A stretch of DNA of 64,000 nt from Lytechinus pictus (taxonomy: Eukaryota), in NCBI RefSeq assembly GCF_037042905.1, contig NC_087251.1, positions 33,110,001 to 33,174,000 of the forward strand. Reading direction: 5' to 3'. Below, piece by piece: positions 24,701-36,700 of this stretch; position 1 is the first letter of the stretch, and each line of letters starts with the position of its first letter. The notes under the pieces are model-generated. The model was not told the origin of the DNA and did no database searches. It worked only from the letters and a program-made list of their open reading frames with translations. A program made the position numbers and the translations under genes.

Positions 24701-27700
24701 CATAACATAGATGCGTTACTAGTAAGGTCAGAGTATAAACTTAAAGGGGAATCCAACCCAAATAAAATCTTGTATTTATAAGGAAAAGAAAAATCAATCA
24801 AGTTGATAGGTGAAAGTTTGAACAAAATTGGACAAACAACAATAAAGTTATGAATTTTTAAAATTTGTAAATATTGGTAATCACTATACCCATGGAGACT
24901 TCAAATTGGCCGCATATGGGATGTCATAGTGATGTAAGGCAAGGACTACTCTTCCATGTACTCCAATACATATTATGGCTAAAATGTCATTTTTCCAAGA
25001 AGTTTTATTTCAAATTATATTTTTCTTTCATGAGGACATAAAACAATATACTACCTGGGTTATATTTAGATTACTGCCCCAGGGGAATGGGTACTTAGGA
25101 GAAAACCACAAATCCCTGATAATAAAGTACATGGCCTATGGGAAAGTTGTCCTTGCCCCTTGTCATAATTTACTTACCCAATTGCCAATTTGAAATCTAC
25201 ATAGTATTAGTGATCTCAATTTTAAAGCAGCTACAACTTTCTTATTGCTTGTCCGATTTCTTTCAAACTTTCACTATTCTCTTTAATTTATTTTTCTCCT
25301 TCCCAACACAACATTGTATGGCCAAGGCTGGATTCCCCTTTAAGACGTATGCTCAATATTTCTTGCCCTCTATGAAATACCATTTAACTGTCAATGATCT
25401 TTGTAACACACGTTTAAAGGATCTTGATGCTCTGTGTAATAGATATATTAAAAAATGGTCTGGTCTTGCCCATCCCGCAACCTTAGCTTTTCTACACATG
25501 CCAGAAGGACTTGATATTCCTTGTATTTCTGACTTATATGTCGAATGCCATACCCTTGCCCATGTCAGGATGCGACCACTCGGAGATGTGAAAGTAAATG
25601 CTTGTCTCGACTCTAAACTCGAGCGCGAGCAAAGTTGGACTCGAAAAAAATCAATTACATGCACAAACGAAACAGTTTGGACTGACGTTTGCGACGCAAA
25701 TGCTAAACCTGCTAAACAGAAGAAGCAGGCCAAAAACGAATGCAAAAAACGTGTCTCCGAGTTTTGGCATTCCCACGTTAAAAACCTAGCAGTTCAGGGA
25801 AAACTACTCGAACTCATTGTTTTGGAGGGAAGCGAAACAAACTGGAAGAGTTTTGCTTACAATCTACCAGAACGGGTTGCAAAATTCTTATTCAATGCCT
25901 CTTGTGACACTCTCAATACAAATGTCAACCTGAGTAGATGGGGGAAAAGATCAAATGAGAAATGTTCGAAATGTAACAATCGTGAAACTCTTCACCATGT
26001 TTTAAACCATTGTCATGTTTCACTAGACCAAGGTAGATACACCTGGCGTCCCAACAATTTGCTTAATTATATTCGCTCAATTGTGTCAAGCGGGATAGAG
26101 AGAGGATTTGGTAATGACGATATTGCAATTTATTGTGATCTTGGCTCCGACGCTCCCGTTGGTTCACGTGGTAGATCAACTATTCCCGTTGAGTTCACAC
26201 AAACCGACCTAATTCCCGATCTCTGTATTGTCTCTAAGCAACGAAACCAAATGCTAATTTTCGAATTGTCTGTTCCGTTTGAAACGAATATCGACAAAGC
26301 ACACAACTACAAAAGTAACAAATACGCACCAATGGTCGCGGACATCGAAAGAAAAAATGTCAAAGTTGTTTTTCTTCCAGTTGAAATTGGTTCGCGCGGC
26401 TTTGTTTCGAATGACAACTTTGCAAGGTTAAAAGAACTGTTGTCATTTTGCAAAAGGCCAATCTCTCCCAAAATCTTCAGCAGAGAGTTATCCAAACTCG
26501 CTATCGTCTCTTCCTTTGTGATATACAAAGCCAAGGAAGAACCTGAATGGGAGTGTCGGCTACCGCTCACTTAAAGGAACCCAAAACACGGGGAGGGAGA
26601 GGGTCCTGTCGGGGGGGGGGGGTGGAGTGGGAGGGGCGGTCTGGGGCTTGTCTTGTCGGGGTCGGTTGTGGGATGAGCGAGATGTGGAGATTTGGAGGGT
26701 CCCGTCGTGCTCCCTGGGGGTCCTCGGATTGGCGGACGTGATGGCTGACTCTATGGGCTGCTCTCCATTTGTTTTTGTGCACAGATTTTCGGATTTTTCC
26801 TTTTCTTCCCAATTTGAGGGATAGTAGGGAGGATTCGAGGATTTGTGTGCGGAGCGGGTGGGGGTTGTCGGCGGGGTCTGTGGTTTCGGAGCGCGTTGGC
26901 CGCGCCGGTTTGGGTGCCCATGGGGAGTGCGGCGGGACTCTTCGGGCTTCCGCGGCTTGCTTATCTCGTCGCCGATTCTGATGAGGCTTGCTCTGGATTG
27001 TTCCTCTCATTTTACTCTTTCCGACGGATTCGCTTTTCTTCCTTTGTTTTGGTTTCCTTTAAAGATTCTTTTCTTATCTCTGTCTCTCTCACTTTATACT
27101 CCTAATGCAATGCCTTGCCACTCTACGTTGAACTTTATAATTATACCGAAACTACAATTAAATTCAAAGGTTATCTATTATCTAGCATTATACACAACTT
27201 ATGAGATATATATTTTTTTCTGCTCAAAACTTGATCTTTTATATTTTGGTATGAATTTTTTTTCTATTGTTGTTTATATTGTGATTCGTTTTCTTTGTAA
27301 TTTACATATGTTGCCCTGCATGTAATTGATTAGTTCATGACCTGGGCTTATTTCCTTTTTATTGTATATTCACCTATGTTCCTTTGTTTGATTTTGAATA
27401 TTGAATAAAGTGATGATTTAAAAAAATAGGCCTGTGTGTGTGTGTGGGTGAGTTTGTTTGGTGTGATCGAGCGCCTTTAGAACGATTCATGATTTTGCCC
27501 CCCCCCCCCCCAATCTGAAAAATGGATCGACGCCCCTGTCTCTAAGATAAAACGGCGCAGTTTGGTGGTCTTGGCGTCAAAATACACAGATTCTTACAGG
27601 AAGATAAAATAAAACTATGCATCGAGAATGCCCATTCACCCATAGAATTCAAGGTCAAAGACCTTTTTCACATTATATGCCGTATAATGGTTTCTCTGAG

Positions 27701-30700
27701 ATAAAACACCGCAGGTTGATGATATTGGTGCCAAAATGCACAGATTTGTACAAGAAGATCATACAAGTCAAAAATAAGCATAAAGAATAAACTTTCACCT
27801 TGAAATGTAAGGTCCTAGGCAATATATATATATACATGGCATATATAATAAAATGACCAGATATTTATCCTTTATGTTCATATTTTATGTAAAGAAAGAT
27901 GGCTAATTTGTAATGAAAACATGGAAGTTTCATAATTTCACTCTGAAATAATGAAGGTCATGGTGAATGTATTTAGGGGTCAGAGGTTAATGAACTCTTT
28001 CAAAAATATCAGTGACAATTAGGTTTTAAAAAAGTTGATGACTTGATTGTGGCATGGAGGTATAGTGATTCTGGTGGAAAAACAACTAAACTGAATATAA
28101 AATTCAGCACAAAATTAAAAGTTGAATCCTTGATCAATCATTATGCCGTGTCTTTTTCTTTCCAGTGATCGGTCACTCACCTCAATGCTATAATAAATGA
28201 TTTAAACTATTAGCTTAATTTCTGAAAATGGATAGAATAGGTCCAACTGTCATGTCACAGCTAGCATCATCTGAGAGAATTTCCAAACAGCAGAGGGATG
28301 ATGATGAAGATGAAAAGACGGCCATCATTAGAGCTGCAGCTTCTGTCATAGCAAATGGCATTAAGTATCTGACATTACGTATCTCAACTTCAGCAAAGAT
28401 CATATTCCCTTATTAGTTTACTTACCTCTCATTACGAGTTGCCGAGATCTCTTGAGATGCTAATGCTGCCGGACAAAAACTTCATATCTGCTATCAGCCT
28501 TAAATCACCCATGATGCTATTTCTACTACAAGTAGGTATCTGTTTGTAAAGGGATCATATATTTGCTTCAGAACAACTGATTGTTATCATGCACAAATTG
28601 GGCATATAATAATGAAATTCAAAAGGAGATAGTAACTTATACAAGTACACATCCATCAACCTAACTAACAAAACTCCTACAGCACCACTTCCAGTTCTTG
28701 TGAATGAAGCTGAGCAACATATCAGCGATAACATAGATCCTGGTTTGATATCCCTTGACAGAGCGTTAGGCTTTCGTGGAATGGGCCAGATCAAAGTAAC
28801 CATACCTAAAAAAAATTCAGAAGGCTTTCCAGAGTTTAATTAGTCATTGCCGAAGTTTAGACACTTAACGTCATTTTCTATGACAAAAGCTGCAGATCTA
28901 ATGATTGCCTTATTTGAAGTCTTCATCACTGTCCCTGGCTATTTGAAAATGTTCTCGGATGATGCTTGCTCTGACTGAGAGTTAGGCCTATCCATTTAAA
29001 GATTAAGTTGTAGTTTATTTTATATATTGTAGCATTAGAGGTTAGTGACCTATTGCTACAGAGAAAACGAAATGAGTACCATGATTCAGATTTATAAATT
29101 GTACATATTAATGCTGCTACTATATATAGACAAAATCACCATTTCAAATTATATACATGATTTTTTTCTTCACTTTTGGCAATGCATTGCAATTAAGTGT
29201 TATTTGATCTCAATTCCACCTCGAACTTGTATTTTGACAGCATAATTAATCAAGGATTCAACTATTAATCTTTTGTTCATTTTCCACGCAAGCCAATCGT
29301 TTTCACATTAGAATCACTATACCTACATGCTGCAATCAAGTTATTGACCTAATTACTTAAAATCCCCTGATGTTATTGAAATAATTAATTCACCTCTAAC
29401 CCCTAAATACATTTTTCATGGTCTTTATCCTTATTTCAAGTTAAATCATTTAACATCCAGGTATTCATTATGTCGGAAAGTGGATTTTTTTGTTGGTTAC
29501 TCGAGAAGAATGTGCCTAATTTTCATATTATTTTCGTACAGGTGTTTGGAATTCTCTTGATCGGCCGGATCACTTTGATAGGGTTAGGATGATCGATGTA
29601 TGTACGCTCGAAAAATATAATTCTAGTTATTTTCTAATCCTTGTTATGTAATTTACGGATTTGTTTTCTCGTAATATTGAGAGAAACAATATATATATAT
29701 CTCTTTTTCATATTGGCTGTTTCAAAGTTTAACAAATCCTTAGCGAATAATATTTTCTCGGTGGTTCCGCGACTCCACTGCTTGTTGGCATTTTACGTTA
29801 GGTAGATTATTGCACGTCCCGGTTCTGGTGCAGGTCGGACTGCAATCGAAGCAGGCCTGGGAAAGGGCTGATGTAAGTGTCGTTTTATCTTATTTTGCAT
29901 AGAATTACAGTACAATGTAATTAATTGAATAATTTATTGTTTCTGTACTATCATGGACAAAATTATGAGAAAAGAATGACTTGTTTTAAGATTGAATTTT
30001 GTCACTTTTACTTTCATGACTTTGGCAGAGTAAGTGCATCTAGGTCAGGTTAAAAAATAAGTGGTAACTTACGAAATATGAGATTATTTACTGGTTTACT
30101 TTTTTTGTGCTAGACATTGTTGGGAATAATGAATATACGTAATACTTGATATTTGAAAGGTCAGAAATTGAGGACTACTTGTTGAATTGAAGCGAAAGTT
30201 TTAGTAGATTATTTAGAAGATAACATAGAGGGCGTTCTATAGTAAACATTGGATTTCAAAATGGCGGCGCCCATGGTAAGGTATGCTTCTAGCTGACCTC
30301 GTTATATTATATGATGTGATGATTTCTTATTATGGTTCTGAACTAAGAAGTAAGATCTATGACTTCTTTGCTTACTGAGCATGCACAGATTATTTGTTTG
30401 TAAACTTAAATTACTCTTTCAATTGCAGTATCAGATGAGTAAACTATATAGAGAATGGTTGTGTTAAGCTTAATAGGCAGAAATATGCAGTTTGACTCCG
30501 TTCGATAAGGAGCTACTTGCTCTATTTCAATTACTTGGGTCTTGATCAAAACTTTGGATTTAACTTTGGATTACTAATTTGATTATTCATTCTTGCAAAA
30601 GAAAACACTAGATATTTGTGAGTTGATATCATTACCGATGATTATCCATACTGAATGTAGTAGAATTGTTTGAGAAATATAATATTTTCTTTATTAATTC

Positions 30701-33700
30701 AGGGAATTCTAAGCAATTTTATCATGATAACCTTGGAGTTATGATTATCTTATGGTTATGATTGTTTGTTGCTTTCTTTAATTATAGCTGGTCCGACTCA
30801 TCGAGTCTGAGATTTTGAATATGTAGAAGCTCCATTTTTTTTGTGGTATCCTGGGTGATATAGGTGGTGAGTAACCTCCAGTAGCCTCTGACTTTGGGTA
30901 GGCATGAATTACATGGACTCTTCTATTTTTGTGCATAAATGATTCATCTTAATAGAATATCGTGATGTATAAAGTGTATGATGCATTCTTATGCCGTCTC
31001 ACTAAATATAAGTAATATGCTGATTACAACTACTAAATAGTTTTGAGATGATAGCTACAACGATAATATTTACAAGCTGTTTTTGAGGAATGCATGTAAA
31101 TGATAGAGATGAATGCACCCCACTTTCAATATCAATAATATTTTGCCATGTATTCAATATCTGCAGTCTATTATGTACATTGTGTGATGTAAGTGCTAAT
31201 AACATGTATTTGAAATGGCATTATTGATAATCTATTTCATTTCTGTCATTGCAGGGTTGTTGTTTCTCCTTTCGTTTTGTTGGTTTTTGTATAACCTCAA
31301 TAAAGTCAAAGAAGCTCAGACCTGGTGTTCCGCAGCATCTGTAAAGTTTGCTCTGTTCCCTTTATTGGCTAATCCAACCCACCCCGACAATTACAAATAG
31401 CCGTCTATCTTTATATTATTCACAAATAAAAAAGGAATATAATGGATAACTTTTTTTTTTTTTTTTTTTCTTTTTGGGGGGGGGGGGGTCATGCATGGAT
31501 ACATATAGATATTCATTAACTTTTGACCTTTGAATTTGAATTTCAAAGGTGAATGATTATTCTTTATGATTATTCTGTGCCTATTTATCTTCTTGCAAAA
31601 ATTGCTTTTTGACACCAAGATCACCAACATGCAGCGTTTTTTCTCAGAGATTATGTACCATTATATGATACATGTTTAAAAAGGTAATTGACCTTTGACC
31701 TTGAACTTTATGGATTAATAAATTTTATTTGATCTTCCTGTAAGAACTGATGCATTTTGACACCAAGATCACCAACCTGCGCCTTTTCATCTTATAGATA
31801 CCATTATACCGTATGATATATAATGTAAAAAATGGACATTGACCTTTGATAGGCTTTGACCTTGAATTTATGGGTGAATATGCATTCAAGGTGCTTAATT
31901 CTTATTTTGTTTGATCTTCTTGTAAAAATCTGTGCATTTTGACAGCAATATCACCAACCTACGCCATTTCATCTCAGAGATACCATTATACAGTGTATAT
32001 GAAAAGGTCATTGACCTTTCACCTTGAAAAAAATACTTTCCTTTACTTTGCTTTGCGAGTAGGGACTTCGTTTGGATGAGGTGCCTTGGAAGAGTTAAGG
32101 CTTTTTAAGCGACGTGACACTTCCCTCTCGCGAATAGGGGGCTGAGATGTAGGTGCTGGAAGATATGCCGAAAGAGTTGTCAAGTCCAGTGGTGGTAGTG
32201 TGTTGCAGATTGAGGAAAAATGCCGATTTATATCATTCGCTATTTCCCGGTTGGATTTATCTGCTTGACCAATGTTGAAAGAGGGCTTCTTTTTCATTCC
32301 CGTTAAGGATCTTACTTGTCTGTGCCATTTTCCTGGCTCTGAGCTCTTGAGATGTTCAACCTTTCTACGGAAATACTTTGCTTTGGCTCGAGAAATTGCA
32401 CGTTGGACTCTATTTCGTAGTAGATGATAGCGATCCAAATCTCCACTCCTGTGTGCGATTTCACGTTGTTCGATGAGGCTACGGATGCTGCTGTTGAACC
32501 ATGGTTTGTCTCGAACTCTTCTCCTAATTGATATTTTTGGGAAACAACGCTTATACTGCATCATAAGTGTGCTATGGAGAATCTCCACCATTTTATCAAC
32601 ATTTTCAGCATCGGTGAGCTCAGTCCAGTTAAATTCGGTGATCCACTGTCCAAACATTCGAATAGATGAATCTCGGGAAGGCCTAAGTTTCACCTTGGTA
32701 GCCTTCAGAGACTGAATTGCGTCATGAGGACGGACTATGACGACACGATGGTCACTGGACGCAATTGGTGAATGAACAACAGGTTCATTAAAAACGTCTG
32801 GAAGATTCGTCAAGACTTTGTCCAAGATGGCATCGCCTCTGGTCGGCAATGTTACCAGCTGAGTCAATAGAGCCTGTTGAACAAGATCTTCAGTTGGCAT
32901 GTCATTAAAATCACCTAAGATCAGAATCAGGGCATCCTCAGTAGAATTAATCACATCTACTATCTGGATAATGTGTTCAATTGTTTCCTGATGATGTGGA
33001 GACCTCGGTGGAGCATATACAACGCACGCATAAATGTTCTTTCTTAAACAGAGTACAATTAACAGTTGTGGCAAAAATTTTTATCAAATAATTCAATCAT
33101 TGAAGCTTAATATTTGTCTGCCATTGATAAGTAGTTTTTGAAAGATTTCGTAACAAACGTGTACAAAACAAATGGTAGAAAATACTATAGTAAATGCATG
33201 AAAATTTCAATGAACAATAAAATACATAAAAAATTAATATGATGTTATATTTAAGGGTCATATCATTGTTCATTATGATACAAATAAAACAATATATTAA
33301 TTGTTATTTATATTAAAGAAAGAACAGACAGATATGAAAATGAAATCTCTCGCATTCAACTTCAAACAACGCAAATCAAAAAGTAACACAGGATACCTGA
33401 TTAATTACTTAAGCTTTCGTCTTAAATTTTAGACCGATTATATGAGACAGGCTACATATTATTTGCCATACTCATATCCTCTCGTTTTTTCCATACTACT
33501 CATGACGAAAGCTCAAACACTTAACTGGGTGCCCCGTGTCATTCTTGGGTTAGACTCCTATATTTGAAGAGTTTGGTTGCAAAAGGGGTTAGGTCCACTT
33601 TGGACCGTTCCGAGAAAAACCATGTTTTTTATTCTCACTTATTGCAATATTCTTATGAGAAACTAAATTGTCAAGATGTACTACCCTATCATGTTAACAT

Positions 33701-36700
33701 AAAATTGGGTATAAAAGAAATCTACCAGTCTTCAATTATATATATATATATATATATTAAATTACCGTTGTGGACTTAACCCCTTTTGCAAGCAAACAGA
33801 AATGAATCCAATCTCTCTTGATTAAAAAAATGATTTTTTTATTTATTCTTTGCCACATTTATTCACGTTTTCATGTGAATTTCAAATTTATTTTGGTATC
33901 ATCAGAGCGACTAAAAATTGAGAGGTTTTGAGACAGAAAACACTAAAAAATATAATAAAATTGACCTAACCTCTTTTGACAAATGTGCTCTTCAGAAGAG
34001 TTTGGTTGCAAAAGGTGTTAGGTCCACTCCTAGAAAATATTTTTTTATTCTCCCATATTGCAATATTCTTATGCGAAACTAAGTTTTCATGATAACATAA
34101 AATCGGGTATAAAAAGAAAATCTACCAGTCTTTTTATTTTTAGAAATATTCCTTTAAAAAAAAATCTATGTGGACTAACCCCTTTTGCAACCAAATTTAA
34201 ATGGACCTAACCCCTTTTGAAAAAAAAGTGATTTTTCTTTGCCATTTTAGTTCACTTTTTAATGGAATTTTAACTTTTCTTTGGTATCATCTTATAGAGC
34301 TACTAAAAATCTATACATTGAGACCCAAAAAAAAAATCAAATTTGATGAAAAATTGACCTTACCCCTTTTGCAAGTGAGCTCTTCGTATCTACAATAGCT
34401 TCGCTAACTCTTTCTCGACTAAGTGCTGGCCTGCCTCCGTGGTCTAGTGGTTTAGGCATTGGCGTTCAGAGCCAACCTTTTATTCAGAATGGATGACAGC
34501 TTTGAGGGACCTTGAGTGAAGCAGCGCATCTATTATTTTCTAATTTTCATATGTTTCGCTATATTATATATATATATATTCGATTTCTACAGGTCCAGTA
34601 CTTGCATACTTCTATCGAAGAACCCACGGCGTGTTCCGGCGATGTCTTCTGGTGACAGGTGCAATATTTGCAGCAGGAGGACTCCTTCTTGTATCCATGG
34701 TAACCAATGGTAAAGAATTGGCTGTCTGCTTATCAGTTTCTGGTATGTTAATTAACCTATTGACTATACTACATTTTCCAATTTCCATACAGGGGCAACC
34801 CGAATCCCAGTAAGCGATCGGTTAATGTCATGTTGTATTGTATTGTATTTATTTTCCATTCATAAAAACATGCAAAATACAAACAAAATACATCAGATAT
34901 AATTACAAAATAAAATGAATACATATATGAATGGCTGGATTGCCCATTCAGAGTGGTAATTATTACCACTCTGTTCTGCCTAGGGGTCCAGAACATAATA
35001 AAATAGATCAAATTGTATTATAAACACCATTAACAACAGAAAAGAACATTGTTAAACAAAATATAAAGTAATGAAAACTAGACAATAGACATAAAACTAA
35101 ATTTAAAGTTATGAGTTCAAGCTACAAGCAAATACACCCCCCTCCCGACAAAACAACGCGTTGCTCAGAGATCAATGTAATTTGAAATCTAAGAGCTTAA
35201 AGAAGTAATAAATGTCGTTAAGTTTTTGATAAATTTCATATCTAAAGGTAAGTCGTTATATAGGCGTGAACCTCTCTATATAAACATTCTACGGCAATTT
35301 TCTGTATTTGGTTTGGGCATAATTATATTACGGTTCGTAAATTATATGAGTAATTACAATATTTAAATGAATCTGCTGAGTATAATGGAGCCAGACCGTT
35401 CAATGATTTGAAGACCATTGTATATACATGGATATTTCTTCGTGATTTTAATGACCTCCATTCGAGTCGTTGGTGTATTTCTCTATTAGATATTCGATTT
35501 TGCGGTTTAACATTCAAAATAACACGGCCTGCTCTGTCCTGATTTTTTTTGAAGACGTTCAGTATATTTCTTATTTGTGGATTCGCATACAATATCAGCG
35601 TAATCAAATAAGGAAAGTATAAGTGTATAACTGAATTATACAATAATTTTTTAATTAATTTCAGTTACGAAATGTCTTAGACGTGCTGAATATTTGACAA
35701 GCTTATTAATTTTCTTAAACATATGGGTATCTCACTTTAATTTTGGATAGAGATACATGCCTAAATATCTGACAGAGTAAGATTGCTTAATAGTTTCATC
35801 AGATATTTTAACATTTATATTTGCACATTTTGATAACGTTATATTAGTTCCAAAAAGCATAGAATTCTTTTTTTCAACATTAAGGCTTAGTTTGTTGTGG
35901 CACAGCCAATCATATATGTTATGTAGATCAATATTTATGTAGTATTCTATCTTACTGATATTTTTTCCAGAAAAATAAATAACTGTGTCGTCTGCATACA
36001 GATGCAGTTTACAATATTTTACACGTTCATTGATCATATCGTTTATGTATAACGTAAAGAGAATTGGCGCTAGGGTTGAACTCTGTGGAATCCCATACTC
36101 TATACTTGAGACGTTTGATGTAATATTCTCGATACATGTACATATATTCCGGTTGTATAAATAACTCGCAAACCAGTGCAAAGCATCTTCTGAAACACCG
36201 ATCCTCGCTAGCTTCTTCACAAGTATTTTAACATCCACAGTGTCGAAGGCCTTTTTCAGGTCGATGAATACTGCCCCCGTATAAAGACCCTCGTCCATTG
36301 CCTTGAGCCAGTCATCTGTGACTTTCAAAAGAAAAGTCATTGTTGAGGCGTCTTTCTAAATCCGGACTGTTCCACACAGAGTATTTCATTTTCTTTCATG
36401 TACAATTTAAGTCGATCGGATACAAGTCTGTCCATAATTTTTGAAATAGAAGATAAAATGGAGATTGGTCTGTAGTTACAAGGTTCATTTTTTATCACCT
36501 GATTTGTAGACTGGAATAACTCTTGCTATCTTGTATTTATGTGCGAACGTACTATCTAGTAGTGATTTATTGATCAAATAAGTAGGTGATGGAAGTATGA
36601 CTGGTTCAGACATTTTTAGTATTTGAGCAGTAATACCATCTATACCAGAAGAAGGTTTATTTTTTATTATTTTAATATTTTTTGAAACATCCTCTTCTGT

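Larger units (their letters stand above)
23245..27427 (+). mobile_element. 5'-truncated non-LTR retrotransposon with restriction-like endonuclease (HERO-type)
   Basis: RT (QGDPLSP, FADD), then CSKC..ETLHHVLNHC..SLDQGRYTWR and PD..ELSVPFE..KSNKY..VEIGSRGF; begins right after (TA)n; 3' boundary uncertain. Confidence 0.85.
22616..27538. mobile_element. hAT-type MITE expanded by nested insertions
   Basis: TIR CAGAGGCGTCGATCC / GGATCGACGCCCCTG; exact 8-bp TSD TCTCTAAG (22608-22615, 27539-27546). Confidence 0.9.
21712..32041 (+). mobile_element. Large internally deleted Academ-like element whose inverted arms are built of ~180-bp tandem subrepeats; right end truncated
   Basis: Left arm (21845-22615, 27547-28150) is inverted relative to the right arm (29240-29470, 31390-32041); candidate TAGTAG terminus at 21712; transposase remnant in the centre. 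Confidence 0.7.

Noticed and set aside
25138..25343. Hydrophobic N-terminus of ORF 25138-26574 as a signal or TM segment
   Set aside because: It is read-through of the Kolobok-like insert; the true frame continues from ORF 23294.
26547..27325. Overlapping GC-rich ORFs after the HERO stop codon
   Set aside because: Low-complexity GC-rich sequence is naturally stop-poor; no motifs were recognisable.
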